A stretch of DNA of 64,000 nt from Lama glama (lineage: Eukaryota): the NCBI GenBank assembly GCA_028534125.1, contig CM052816.1:25236001-25300000 (forward strand). The letters run 5' to 3'. Both the position numbers and the translations under genes were made by a program. The notes under the pieces were generated by a model that ran no database searches, had not been told where the DNA came from, and was given only the letters and a program-made list of their open reading frames with translations. Shown here piece after piece: positions 10,771 to 24,308 of this stretch. Position 1 is the first letter of the stretch; the number at the start of each line of letters is the position of its first letter.

Positions 10771-13700
10771 CCTGGTCTCAAAGGTATTATTAGTTATGAT
10801 ATTATGTGTGAATTATCTTAAGTTCATCATAGAATGATATTCTGTACATAAGTTAGCAAGAAAGTATAAAGAATGTTATACAGTTAAAAACAGCATATTG
10901 GAACACTCTTGTGGGTGGTTAGTTCAGATTGATGTGACCCAGGGACTACAACATAGCCTGTCCTTCACAGAGAAAAAAAATTGAGAAAATTTTTAAAATT
11001 ATTCATTCTAATGTAGAGTAAGTCTTTACGTGGGCAAAAGTATATCACGTATTAGACAGGCAGAAAGAACAGTGGCTTCTATGCTAAATTCAGTCGAGGA
11101 AACCCATTCTTATTGTGAAACCATCAATCTGACTCACCCGTGCAGTGGGCTCTCTGATCCTGTACCTGTAAGCTCCTGTACCTGCAAGGTAAGCACCAAG
11201 ATTTCTGGAGCCTCATTTCCTAAAAAACTGCCTTATAAATGCAGCATGAAGAGAAGCTGGAAAGAGCATTCTCAGTAGTGGTAAGTCTACACTTCTTCAC
11301 TGTCAAAGATAATGATCCTAATGGTGTTTTTCATGTGTGATGGTCATACCCAGTGGGCTAGAGAGCATGCTAGCAAGATATCAGACATTTAAAAACTTGG
11401 TCCATGAGCTAGGTGTGAACTTAATGAAGCATCCCTAATAAGAAACTCAAACATTCTTTTGAATTATTCAGCATGAAAGGCTCACTATTTGGTTTTGCTT
11501 TCATTTAAAGATAACATGACACCAAAGAAATAGCAGTGATCAGGAGGAAGGGTTGGATTTGGCAGGCTCTCCAATCTACATTATAAGTGTTTTTCAAGCA
11601 ATTTTCTTTTTATAAACAAGGCTCTTAGACTATAGAAGATATACATAGTTAGATGTTGAACCTTGAATGTTTTTAATCTTAAAGTTGAAGAAGTGGACAA
11701 ATCAGAGTCAGTTCTTCCTTAAAATACCTGTGATAGTGATTGGATATGAATGAAATTTACTAAGATGGATACTTAGTGATGTTTGATAAATATGGTCAGA
11801 ATAAAAGCTATCTAGATCCACCATCCTTTTCCTTTCTACCTGTTTATCTAAGGAAACAGAAAGTTTCCTGTTATTGAATTGATTAGATAAGTAAGTAATC
11901 CCTTATTTTTACTGGATTAACTATGGATTTTCAAAGTAGAAAAGAGGGAACAAAGGAGTTCAATGGGGTGGCAACTGAATGCCTCTGAAACAAATGTCCA
12001 TTTTTCTTGTGAAACATTCTTTATTCCATATCTGTATCTTCTCTGCAGCAATCTGCTAGGTAGGTTTCCCTGGCATGTAACAAGGGTTGGAACCCAGTAC
12101 CTCCTGGGATCATCTTTCTATTTATGGACAGTTCAGATTGCTAGGAAGAGCTTCCTTGGATATACTGAAATCTGTGTCATATAGCTGTTACCACTAGATC
12201 CTACACTCAGGGGATCATGAAGAAATGATCCTTTAAACTCAAGCATGAACCTCATTATTGGGAAGACTTCAGCTAGGACCAGACTTCCTTTCCAGCCCCA
12301 AATTCCTCTCCTCACCACCTAACCTCCTCCCCCTTTCAGACTCTCCTTCTAGAACTAACCCTCCTTCTTGACTGTTGGTCAGATGTCTACCCAAATTAAA
12401 GGAACTTGATCCAACTGTCACTTGTTTTCTCACCTGAATCCCTAATTGCCTTCTCATTACTGTATCACTCCCTTTATGAATTTGCTCAGGTCTACCTTGT
12501 ACCACATAAAGTAAGTTAAATAAAGCCTCCTCTTAGCCTTGCTACTTCCCAAACAGCCACACAAACTTGTGCCTTTCTTTTTCAGTCAAGTTGTTTTATT
12601 AGATTTGTATAAATGATCTGTGTTTTACATTAATTTTTACAGGTTGCAAAGGTGCTGTTCAGCACACTGCTTTATGGATTTAAAATAAACCTAGTAGTTG
12701 ACAGAGTTACAAAAGTAGGCAATGGTTAAGTTTTGATAGGAACTAGTTTATAAAGTTTAAACAAAAAGTTGATAGCGTCTAATGGATGAATGTATCTATC
12801 TAGTCTAATTTTTTGCATTTGTGAATGATCTAGGAAGACTTTTGTCTGCATTTCTTATTAAAATAACACATAACTCTCCTTGCCAAATTCAACCATACAA
12901 AAATGGGAGTGAAGTAATATAACTGTTGAAAGGTGGTGTAATCTGCTAACTTTTCTGATGAAGAGAACATATTAATAATGTACTCTAAAAGGAAAATCCC
13001 ACCTACTGCTGGCTTACTGTGATCATCACTCCATACACATGTAGAATGGATTATCTGATGCCCTTCACACACTTATTTTCCTTCCCTTTCTGGCCCTTGA
13101 GAGATGAGAGTCTTTGGTAAGACACAGTAAAAAGACAGAGACTGTTACCATGAAGGCATCAAGATTTTCTATGAAAATAATTAATAGTCAATATTTTTAA
13201 AATAAAGATTTACTCGTTTTATGCATATGTTACTCTGAATAATCGAAAAAATATAAACTCAGTCCAAAGAATATTGTAAGAGGCTCCTGGCCCATCCTGA
13301 AAAAGCAGGAAATTAAAAGGAACAGAGGAATTAGAAAAGACCTGGGAAAATATGAGGATGAACCCCACTCTCCAAAAACAAATGCCAAAGAGAGCAAATT
13401 TTTGAAACAAATAAATAAAGAGAATTATTCGTAATATAAAAAATAATTCTTTACTGTACAGGATTTCTAACAGAATTCTCTTGAATAAAGAAGTCCCCTG
13501 GCACTTTCAAAATGATTTATTCTCTGATGATTTAATTCTTGCAACATATACAAATAAAATTCACTTGTCTTTATGCACATTAAACTTTTGTGAAATAATC
13601 CAAACTCTAACATTCTCATTTTTTAATAGATTTCCATAACACGCAGTAATATTCTAAAGTTCCCTAAATTCTGAGCATTATATAAAACCAAATTTGGTTA

Positions 13701-14169
13701 AATTGGTTTTCCTCGATGGAAGAGAACATTACTGAAACCTTTGTGATTTGTGACCTGTGATTGCTCTCTGTTAAATGTTATTTGAAGGTCAGGTCTAACC
13801 TAAAGCTCTGGAACACAGTGCAAATTCATTAGCTTTAGTGACACAGCTAAGATCCCATGAATATCTGTACCTCTAACTCAGAATTGTGAAGAAAATTCAT
13901 CTCTCTGATGTTGCGAAGTCATTCTGGCCTCCATCAATGAGATCACAGAGGCCCTCAAGGAAATAAAAGTTTATAATATTCACCAAGACATCTATGAAAA
14001 TACACTATTGCTGTCTTATAGTGCAAATGCAGATCACACAAAAAGGAAAAGTACCATATATTCCTCCCCAGCAGATGAAGCCATTAATATATGTCTTCAC
14101 TCCATGAACTATGTTGCTTACAAAAGCAAAGAGAAAAGTTGCCAACAGTCAGGATTCATTACATAAGTT

Positions 14170-14340
14170 CATGAAGTTTCTCAACTGAAAAAGATTTTGG
14201 AGTTAATTCAGCATACTCCCTTGTTTCAGAATCAAGGTGACTGAAGAACAGAACATTTAAATTACAGAGGATTGCCCAGCTTCTTAGAGGCAGAGCCAGG
14301 ATCAGACCTCCTGACTCCTGATTTCAGTCTTGTCCACTTT
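14170..14340 (-). mobile_element. Degenerate MIR fragment
   Basis: ttgcccagcttcttagaggcagagccaggatcagacctcctgactcc. Confidence 0.5.
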
Positions 14341-14430
14341 ACCAGTAATTAGTTGCCGAGACAACTTCTTATTCCTAAGATATCTTTAGGTATGGAAAGT
14401 CAACTACGAGAAGCATGCATTTCCCTCAAC

Positions 14431-14688
14431 CATGCATTCTCAACAAGGGCTCTATCATCCCCGCAAGGGGTAAACTTTAATTCCTGGGGATCAAAAAAAC
14501 CTTAGATGTTAGGTATTCATGGTTTGTGTCCTTCCTAAAAGCCACAGTATTTAATCAGATACACGTTATGCCTGTGACCTCTAAGTTTCAAGGTGAAGGG
14601 GATGTGTGGGGTTGGGGAAGGGAGGATTAGGAAAAGAACGTCTGGAAAATTCCTTAGGGGATCATTTTTCAAAAGTTGAGAAACACTG
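14431..14688. mobile_element. hAT-Charlie non-autonomous MER element
   Basis: TIRs catgcattctcaac and gttgagaaacactg; 8-bp TSD-like flanks ccctcaac (14423-14430) and ccctggac (14689-14696). Confidence 0.7.
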
Positions 14689-15009
14689 CCCTGGACCAAA
14701 GTCCAAGTTCAGGATCTTAGGGAAGTTACCCAGACATTGATTAAGTACAAATACTGGAGGCTCAACTTGTTTGTAGGGTTAAACCAGTAAATTGGGATAC
14801 AGAAGCATGCTTTACTATTCTCATCCAATTTTGGTGACCTGTGACACGTACAGACCAGCTTTTTACAGGGCCATGCTTGGGTCTTCATTATTGTCTAACA
14901 GGACAGACAAGAAGAGGTGACACAGTACTGTGCTCAGTACTGTGAAAAAGGTAAATGTAGGAGGGTTGGAATCTGGGGGAAAAGGCTTAATGAAAAGGAG
15001 AATACTCAA

Positions 15010-15130
15010 AAAGTTCTCAGCATCTGAGTCCTAATTCTGTCATCTATTAACACTTACTTGAAAGTTTTTCTACTGAGGTTCTCCAAGTCTCAGTTTCCTC
15101 ACCTATAAATTTGGAATTACCTACCTTACA
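15010..15130 (+). mobile_element. MIR fragment
   Basis: ctgagtcctaattctgtcatct...tctcagtttcctcacctataaa. Confidence 0.6.
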
Positions 15131-15569
15131 TGATTTGGGAAGAAATAAAAGAAAAGCAGTAAACCTGGAATATAGCACCCAGCAAATAAGTAATAATCTG
15201 TATCATTATTGCTATTACTTGTTAATACTTCAGAAGCCATGAAACCTAGATTGTTCTTCATCAGTTTATTCAATAAGCGATTTATTCTTGGAAACTTTCT
15301 CATCTCCTTTTTTGAAAAGTTCTTCATCTCAGCCTGTCCTCATTTCATTCTCCCACTCTTTGACACTCCCTACGCCTGCCTTGGGCTTTCTGATGATGTG
15401 TTTGCGCCCAGTTCTGCCTGCACAGGGATACCTGGGCCCACTGGAACTATTGAGATTCAGCACAAGCATCACCCTTACCTTATATTTATGCCTTCCCATC
15501 ACCAAGATGCTAGAGTAAGATATCTCATTGATTAATGTCTCCCATAAGAACTTTAACCCCTTAGGGCAG

Positions 15570-16130
15570 AGGTTCATTTATTCAACAAGTATTTATTGGT
15601 CATTTACTCTGTTCCAGGCACTGCTGTAAGTGAGATATTCCAGACGTTGTTCTATAGTTGTGAACAGAACAAACACGACACCTACTCTCTTGGAATCTGT
15701 ATTTCCATAAGGTAGAAAGACCTTAATGCAAATAAGTGAACCACAGAGTTTGTTAATGGTAAATGTCTAGAAGAAAAATAAAGTAATAAAGGCGGATAAT
15801 AAGTATAACAAGGAGTGTAATTCTAGGAAGTTGGCCAGTTCCAGAAGTCACACACACACATACACACACACAGGCATTTGAGAATAAGATGTGAAGAAAG
15901 TGAGGAAATGGGCCGCATTGAGGGAAAGAATCTTATATCCTGAGAGCTGAGAGGTACATTTTTATGGCTGCCACAAGGCCAGATGTGTAGACCACATAGA
16001 TCATTTTTAGGATGTTGGGTTTTACTCTGAAGGAAATGGAATCATGTCATATGCTTCTTAATACCACAGGTACTAGGCCCAATGCCTCAAACATATTAGG
16101 TGTTGAATAAATGATTGATGAATAAATCAG
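15570..16130 (-). mobile_element. L2 3' region with (CA)n at 15849-15871
   Basis: ttcattttattcaacaagtatttattgg...ccaggcactg, a typical L2 tail. Confidence 0.7.
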
Positions 16131-16359
16131 TTCAGTCAAAAGTACATGTGTATACACACAACCAATTAAATGACATAAAGACTGTGATGTCCTATTTAGA
16201 CAGGTACACTGTATGTACTTTTTCAGGTGAACATAGAACCCATTGCAGACGATATCATTTGAAGAAATTGTAGCAAAATATATGGCTTTATACCTGTCAG
16301 TCATGTGTTAATAGATAATAATTATAACTTGATAAGGAATCTAGGGAGAGGGGTAGGCA

Positions 16360-16690
16360 CAATGAAGTGTTTCTCAGACAGCTGGACAGACAATTGGAAC
16401 CTCTGTCAAAACTGAATTTTCAACATGATCTGGCTGCCGTGGGCTCTCACCGAGCAGTCTGGTTAAGACTCATAGAATGTGAGTCAAAATAATTGGACAT
16501 CTAGCTACATTTATTTTTATCCCATCATTTTATATTTATCTTATTGTATATATTGCACAATGTGTACATTAGTATAATAGCATAAAAATGTTTATAGTTT
16601 ACATATAATATATATATAAACAATTTTTAGAACTGAGTAGTCAAACTTTTATTCCTGATAAGAGGAATAAAACTTGGAGACTACTGTCTA
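16360..16690. mobile_element. Degenerate hAT-Charlie MER
   Basis: TIR-like ends agtgtttctca and ttggagactactg. Confidence 0.4.
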
Positions 16691-17789
16691 TTTTATAGAT
16701 AAGCAGCATGGAGACAAAAAACATCTATTCCTTTTTCTTTAAAAAACAAAAACAAAAAAACTCCAGTCAAGAAAAACCCTTATTTGCTTGGTAAAATTGT
16801 CAGGCTATTTAGGTTGGAGAATTTGTGAAACTGACCAGATGTGCTGAAATATACTTTCTTGTCACAGAATAGCTGATAATCCACTAGGATAAACCACTGT
16901 AGGGTAACGACTTTCAAAGAATCCATTTGATGCATTCTTCATCTTAATTAGGAAAATAAAAGGTTTGTTTGAACTTGATCCTTAGACTTCACAAGGTCAG
17001 TCATACTTGGTTGTTTCGTTCCAACAATTGCCTGTCCATATTCAAATCTGAAAAGATAAAAATGTGGAAAGAAAACAGGAAGCCACAAACCACTCCCACT
17101 GTGCAGAGTGACAGCATTATAATACCACAGAATCTAGAGACAGATGGTGGCTTATAGCAGACATCAATCTTCAATGAGAGTAAATTTAGGATAATGCCCC
17201 TCTTTGGTAATGGACATGTCTTTGCAAAGTTATTGCTGACAACATCCTCTAACATGCTGATTTGCTAAGACAAGGTTTTTATTGCGTCTAATCTTGTCGT
17301 AAGGCATGAAAAAAATAGTTGGGTACATGTTTTTCATGTATAGTTTTCACAAGAATTGCTTGCATTAGAGAGTGGCTAAATTGTTTTCCATATTTTATGG
17401 CACATTTTTAATGTTCCACTGCACACAACATTGATCACTCAGTCCATTAGTTTATTATGGTATCCTGAAAGGAGACGCTTCCTTTGGGAAAAGCCATTAT
17501 TTGAAATGAGACGAAGGCTCTGGCTACATAGGACAAGACGGGGTAGGATTTATTGAGAAGCTGCTTAATTCGTCAAGGGAAATAGCCAGAAAAAGTATAT
17601 AAATGTAAATATATGTATTTTTCAAAATATCTGACCTATCTAAATATCCTTTGTTTTCTGAGTATCTTCTGAGTGTCTGCTGTATTGGACACTTCCCAAC
17701 AGCCCAAACTCTCCCCAGTGAGGTTGATGGAAACAGCTTTTATGATGCGAAATTTTTTCTTAGTTGTATACATTAGGAAATGTTCATGG

Positions 17790-18250
17790 CATTATCAGGG
17801 TTCTAATAGGAAGACAGAAAAAATAGAGGGACTTTAACATGGGGACTTGTTAACACAGGTTGTAGAGGAGCTGCAGAGGCACACAGGGGCTGTGGAACAT
17901 CCCAGACATCAGCTACAGTAGAAAGTGCCACCTCTACCAAGTGGTATTTCCAGAGTCAGGGCCATCCAGCTGGAGCTAGACCCCTCCTGGGACTGTCTTT
18001 GGGAGCTGGGACCATGAAAGGGAGGTTTTCCAATGGGCCTGGAATCACTGTGAAGATATGAACCCTGGAGGAGACACCACTGAAGGGAAGTGAGAAAATA
18101 GTTGATTCTCCCCTCTTCCTACCATCTAGTTTCCAACAGTTCTTCCCTTTGACAAGGGAGCCTTGGAAATGCAGTTCCCAGTAATGCAGAACAAAGAGGA
18201 AGGCAGAGGATAAAGCTGGGAGCCAACAGATGAAGACAACTTAAACACAC
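17790..18250. mobile_element. Ancient ERVL/MaLR-type LTR
   Basis: tatcagggttctaataggaagacaga start and GC-richer LTR-like body; family not resolved. Confidence 0.45.
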
Positions 18251-18889
18251 TGAAGTAGCTTTTTCTTCCATGCTTCTTTTAATATGCTTCTGAGCATGTA
18301 AACTCTTCCCTGCACATAACGAGGCATTTTTTTTCCCAAGCAGTAAACTTTGAAATCTTTACCAGGAGGGGTAAGGGTCATGGTAGAAGTTGGGGGCCAT
18401 ACAGGACAAGGTTTTCTTAGAACATAGTTTGAAAAAATGTTGTGAAATGGCTTTTCAGGCTCCTAATGCATTCGTGCTTTCAGAAACGTAACTGAATGAT
18501 GAATGCCACACTCTCTTCTGCACTTACTATATTCCAGAAGCTAAGCAAGGTGCTTCTTCACGTGTCACTTTATCTTCAGAGAGGCCTAAAAGGATTATTT
18601 ATGTCTCTGTAGGGTTCAAATTACCACATCATGTCTTCCCTGTAGGGGGTCCTTCGTATCTGCTGTTGAGATAAGTGGACAGTTCCAAGTTCTCCTTTGA
18701 CAGGAAGCACAGACAACTCCAGTTATGTAAAACGTCCCATCTAGAAATTTAATAATACATGAGTTACTATACTGAATCAGGCTTTGGATCCAGTCAGTTA
18801 TTTTGTCTCTGATGACACACATGGTTTAAGAACTGACATGATTATTCTCAAATAAAATTCTTAAATAACTTTTAAGGTTGTGTTCCAGC

Positions 18890-19130
18890 TAGTAATAGCT
18901 AGCACTTACTGAGTGTTTACTAGATGACAAGCCCTGCTGTAAGCATTCTACTTTTATTAATTACTTTAACCCTTGCTATGAACCTATGAATTGGTTTTAT
19001 TATTATCTTCCTTTTGCAAATGAGAGACAAAGAACATTTATATAACTTGTCTAAATGCATTGAGCTAGTGATTGGCAGAACTGAACTTGAGTCTTGTGTC
19101 CTCAGAGTCATAATACAAGACTTCCCCATA
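18890..19130 (-). mobile_element. MIR SINE
   Basis: tagctagcacttactgagtgtttact...ttttgcaaatgagagacaa...agctagtgattggcagaactg. Confidence 0.8.
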
Positions 19131-20469
19131 TAGCATGATGACCCTCAATGGATTTGTGTCTCATAATTTTATCTAATTCTTTGTACAAAAAATTTCTAAA
19201 TGAAAAATTGTGATTATTTCTCTAGAGGAAAGGCAGAATTACAGTCATACTAAATATGTGCATGTTGAAATATGGAATAGGTTTGGGTTTTTAATATGCT
19301 CTGTTCAGACAAGAATTAGATATACCTTTTTGCTGGTTCACAGAATATGACCATAAATTTTTTTTGTATCCTGTATTAACTAAATATAATTTTCTTTAAG
19401 CAAGATAAAAAGGTGGAAGTAATAATATTAGGATTTTTGTTTCTTAGAAGATAAAGCCCCAGGGGAAAGGACTGGTGAAGTTCTGCTCTGATGCAGGGAC
19501 TGGACAGTGTAATAACCCTGGACCCTCGTCAAGTTCTGGAACCGTAGATGTGCCCATCTTGTTTTCTCCGCTTACATTTGAGGCCTGATTCAGTATCTTT
19601 GTCTTCTCTTATGAAACAAACAATCAGTGATATGGGCCCAGTCCTAGACAAATTAGCTAATAAAGAGATCACAAAGAGAATGTGATGCCAGCCACCTCGA
19701 CCAGGGAGAATGCTAAAACTGAGCTTGTCCTGTCTTAGGGCCAGGGATGGAGAATTAGAGAGTTGTTGTTTTTTATCATTTTTCTTCATCTACTTCTCAA
19801 ACCAAAATATAGGCTATGTCTCATTTTATAAATAAATATAATAAATATAATATCTCATTTTATAAATAAAACTTTATGAACAGTTTAGGATGGTTCTGAG
19901 CTCTCATCCTAATTCCTCTAGCTAACTTAGAAATTCATTGTAACATTCTCCTTTTAACTTACTTATATGTGCAAATTTTGCTATCTCCAAGAAAGCCTTT
20001 TTGTTTTCTTACCACTCACTGCAGAAGGAAGCCTTGATATTTGCCTAAAACTGTCATGCCCAAGAGTCACTTCTACTCGTGGTCTTTGTTTCTACTCATT
20101 TTATCACCTTTTGTGATTTTTTAATAGATCATTATCTTCTGGCATAGATGCTATAGATTTAATAGCTGTATCTGATAGGTTTAATGCATTTAACCTTTTA
20201 ATCCAGAGAATTCCTATGTTTTGTTTTTTGATGAGCAGCCCCATTTTCCCCAATATGACTGATATAGTTACACTAAAGCGGTCACACAGGCTTATTTGCC
20301 ACCATTATCTGCAGTCCATCCCTGCTTGATCCCTACTCAGGTTTCTCTAGACCAGCGGCCACAGTAACAGAAATCAGGCTCCTTTTATACAGTTGGCAAA
20401 CAATGACATTTTCCTGGCCAGGCCTCTAGGCTCTGACTGCTTGCCATGTTGCTGTCCCCTTCTGAAGGC

Positions 20470-21030
20470 AGAGCCCAACACTACTGCTTCCTCGAGCAGC
20501 TGTCAACAGGTTTTGTCCTTGGGCAACTGTCCCTCTGCCCATATTGGGCTGGATTGACTTCTTAGGGGTGGCCTGGCTATAGAACTTGGTTAATAGATAA
20601 ATTCTTTTCTGGAGAGGAAAGAACTAACCCCATCCAATCTTCTTGTGGGATGTCGGAATGTGAAACACAGAGAGGGCAGGACTGCTAATAAGAGCAGCAT
20701 AGACGATAAAAGCAGATAGAAAGCAGTAAGCACAGAGGAAATAGAAACAACTAGGGTGCAGGCATATGACTTGGGGAGCAAAAGTTGCAGGAAGAAATGC
20801 AGTTAGGAACAGGGTTGAAAAAGCCAAGAGGCAGAGACCAGGGGAGCCAGCGAATGGGAATGTCCATTTGACAGTTGATGTGACTCGGGAGCCGGAGTAT
20901 CCGGTCTCATGTCTCAGGGCTCCCCCCAAACCTGTGTGCACCAGATGAGTCCCTTTTCTGTGCCTCCTTACTTCACAGTGTTTCCTTGAAATAAACTCAT
21001 GTCACCAAGGTAACAAAGACCCTATCTTGG
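20470..21030 (+). mobile_element. Ancient LTR (MaLR/Gypsy-like), family unresolved
   Basis: Purine-rich LTR-like body ending tttccttgaAATAAActc. Confidence 0.35.
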
Positions 21031-21382
21031 TGCTGCTGAGTCTGAAAGAGGCCGCATGGGCATCATAATCTTAGATTTAGAGTACCCATACACACTTCTC
21101 AGCTTTTCAGCAATGTAATACAAACTTTTCTTGCTTTTGACCCTAAACTTCTGATAGGTGTAAAAATTCATTTGTATACCAGAAGCCAAATCTTTCTGTG
21201 TTGAGAGGTCTAGCTGTAAAAATAATGAATACTCATTAATCATACAGAAATGTATCCCAAAGGTGCTAAAAACGTAGATTTTTTTTTTTTGTATAATCTG
21301 CTGTTCTTCTCTGACCTTTTGCAGTTCTGTTGTAAACATTTATTAGGACAACAGAGTGGTTGTAAGTAACTACTTTAGACTC

Positions 21383-21840
21383 TGTAGGGGAAAAAAAATT
21401 TTCCTCAACCTTCTTAGGGTCTCTGGCTGGGTCTGAAAAATAAACAGATGAAAACAGATTAATAGGATAAGAAGGATACAAATTTATTTAAGGTTAAGTT
21501 CTGTGTGATAGGAGCTTTTGTAAGGAAATAAGATCCAAAGAAACAGGCCTGTTCTTTTTTGTGCTGGGTTTGAGGAAGAGTGGACCATCGTGGAGGAATA
21601 TGATAGATTAATGAGTAGAAGGTGCTAAGTGGGGTACACTTAGCAAGCCTGTCTGTTAGGGTTCCTTTTGCTGTTCCTTTGTCTTTGGAAATAAGAACGT
21701 GCCTTTCCTCTGGGTGTAGGGAAGGCACCTCTCACATGAAGATTTCATAACCTGCTTCAGGGAGGAAGGGTCTATGGGGGAGGAGGTCGGAGTGACTTTC
21801 CTGCTTCTGCAGGAAACTCTTGCAGCTTAAAATACTTCCC
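21383..21840 (-). mobile_element. ERV1-type LTR (Laurasiatherian, MER41-like), one end eroded
   Basis: TG terminus tgtaggggaaaaaaaattttcctcaacc; minus-strand AATAAA (tttatt near 21483). Confidence 0.6.
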
Positions 21841-22054
21841 TAAGGTTTTCCAGACAATAGTAACTGTTAGCAATGTAAACAATCATTATTAAGAATCTGT
21901 GATCAAATAGTTATGAACAAGCTGTGAAGAAAAATGAGAGATTTAGTAAAATGATTTTCCCAACTTTTTTGTCCATACATTTTTCTTAAAGGGTATCTGT
22001 GGAACCTACCTGGAGAAACACTACTTCATGGCATCCTTGGTAGAGTCCAGCATT

Positions 22055-22970
22055 TTATTGTTTAATGTAACCTTTTACCTGAACTATAATAAGCTCAAAG
22101 AAAACTGCAGAATTAGGAGTATACAGCTCAAGAGATTTTCATAAAGTGAATATTCTTGTGTAACCACCACTTAGATCAGGAAAAAGAACACCAGTATTGT
22201 ACCAGAAGCTCTATTCCTCCTCTCTCTGAGCGCTGTTCTCATACAGGGAACAACTATCCTGACAGAGTAGTTTTGACTGTTTCTTAGCTTGGTATAAATG
22301 GGATCATTTAGTATATGCTCTGTGTGTTTAGCTTCTCTGCTCTGCATTATGTTTGTGAAATTACTCCATATTGTTATATGTAGCAGAAACTTCTTCCTTT
22401 TTATGTTTGCATAGTATTCCAATGTATAACTATATGGTAATTTGTATATCCATTCTGTTGATAGACACTTGGGTTGTTTTCCATTGGGATATAAAACAAA
22501 TAATACTACTCTGAAGCTTATTGTACATGTTTTCATTGTACATATGCACTTCTTTTTGTTGGGCACATACTTTGGAGTAGAGTCATGGGGTATGCATAAG
22601 TTGAAAGACTCTAAAAAACATTTATGACAATGCAAGTTGCTCTACATTCTTGTCAATATTTGGCACTGTCAGTCTTATAAATTTTAGTCATTGTAATGGA
22701 TGCATTCCCCGGATAGCTAATGTTTATTGACCATGAGGAGATCTATTTGTGTGTGCGTGAATTGCCTGTTTGGGTCTCTTGTCCACTTTTTAATTTCATT
22801 TTCTGCCTTTCTCTTATTGATTAGTAAGGATTATTTATGTGTTCTGGATATGAGTCCTTTGTCAATTACATATGCTGCAAATAAATTTTCTCATTTTTTA
22901 TATTGGCTTTTCACTTTGTTAATGGTGTCTTTTCTTAAACAGAAGCTAGTAATGAAGTAAAATTTATGAA
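22055..22970 (-). mobile_element. Old L1 3' end (L1MB/L1ME-like)
   Basis: tatccattctgttgatagacacttgggttgttttcca; ttctggatatgagtcctttgtca. Confidence 0.85.
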
Positions 22971-23389
22971 TTATTCCAGCATCCTTTGACCTGATTAGTG
23001 GCCATGTTATATTGTCACTAATATATATATATATATATCTCTTTATGGAATAGTCTTTAATAAATAGTTCCTTTGCTGGGTTTAATTGGTAATTGTAGCC
23101 TGTTATCTCATTTATAAAATTTAGGATGTTTCTCCATAGATGGCTGTTTTTCTTCTTGCCCAGTTCAAAGCCCTAAGGGCTTTTATGTAGACCCCTTTCA
23201 TAACATGACCAAATTTTCTCATAATTTGCCTTGTATGTTAAAATGATTCACTACTCCATATGATTCTATCAAAAATGTGACAGTTTTTGTGGACATGCCT
23301 TCTTTCGTAACAGTGACAAATACCATAAATGTAATTTACCCTGGCACTATTCCTTGTGGTACCACATTGTTGCCATTCTTCATTCAAAC

Positions 23390-23630
23390 AGACTCATTCA
23401 TTCACTTACTCAGCAAATGCTAATGACATGACTACTGTAAGTTAAGCACTGTACAGGACCCTGGTATCTAAAAGTAAGCAATATCAACCACAGCACTTAC
23501 TTACCTTCCTGCACGTTACAGTCTAGAGGGAGAGGTAGACATTGCATCAATTATTACACATATTTATGTAAAGTAATTATGGCAGGTGCTATGAAGGAGA
23601 AGTGCCATTGTCAGGGAGTGGCCATTTTTC
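23390..23630 (-). mobile_element. L2 3' end
   Basis: cattcattcacttactcagcaaatgc...acagtctagagggagag. Confidence 0.7.
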
Positions 23631-24046
23631 CAGGAAGGTGTATCTAGGGCTTTGTTTCCCCTTGTACAGCAGGCACAGGAATGTTAAGAAAATAATTCTT
23701 CATGATTCGAAGAAACTTGGGTATGAGGAAGAACTTCCACTCAGCAGACGACAGCACAGTTAGGTGGCTTGCAGTCTGCTTAAGTGGGGAACCGGGCAGC
23801 AGTAGACAGACCAAGAAAATCAGTGTGTGTTATCTTTGGAATATTAGACTGCAAGTTTTCAATCCTCATTCTGTGAAGATTTTTTTAAAAGAGTTTCTGT
23901 TCTAAAACATTTATTGTAATTTCTACCAAATGATTGGATAAAAAGTGTTTCATGAGTATTTCAAGAGAGATTTTTCCTGTCCAGTAAATACTGACAGAAA
24001 GCCTGTTTTGTTGTTTTTTTTGTCAGTTTACCCACTTTCTCAAGAA

Positions 24047-24308
24047 CATGTGAGGGTTTTTGAGCACTGTTTTTTGTGTGTGAAAACATTTCCAGGAGTA
24101 GAAATTTTGTAGCTTTCTAACTTACTAGTTTTATGTCTTCCTAGAAGCCAACAGTTCTTCAGTCTATTTAATCTAAGCATGTGAGGGTTTTTGAGCAATG
24201 TTTTTTGTGTGTGAAAACATTTCCAGGAGTAGAAATTTTGTAGCTTTCTAACTTACTAGTTTTATGTCTTCCTAGAAGCCAACAGTTTTTCAGTCTATTT
24301 AATCTAAG
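24047..24308. repeat. 131-bp tandem duplication (2 copies, 2 mismatches)
   Basis: 24047-24177 and 24178-24308 compared base by base. Confidence 0.95.

Noticed and set aside
13250..13434. Stop-free K/E/N-rich + frame of about 60 codons
   Set aside because: It has no start codon or splice acceptor, and such frames are expected in A-rich DNA.
20766..20948. Protein-like 60-aa ORF (MTWGAKVAGRNAVRNR...)
   Set aside because: It sits inside an LTR-like segment, with no homology recognised and no splice context.
22171..22635. Longest ORF (154 aa)
   Set aside because: It lies entirely within a decayed L1 3' end.
24047..24308. CRISPR-like or satellite array
   Set aside because: There are only two adjacent copies with no spacers, in a eukaryotic context.
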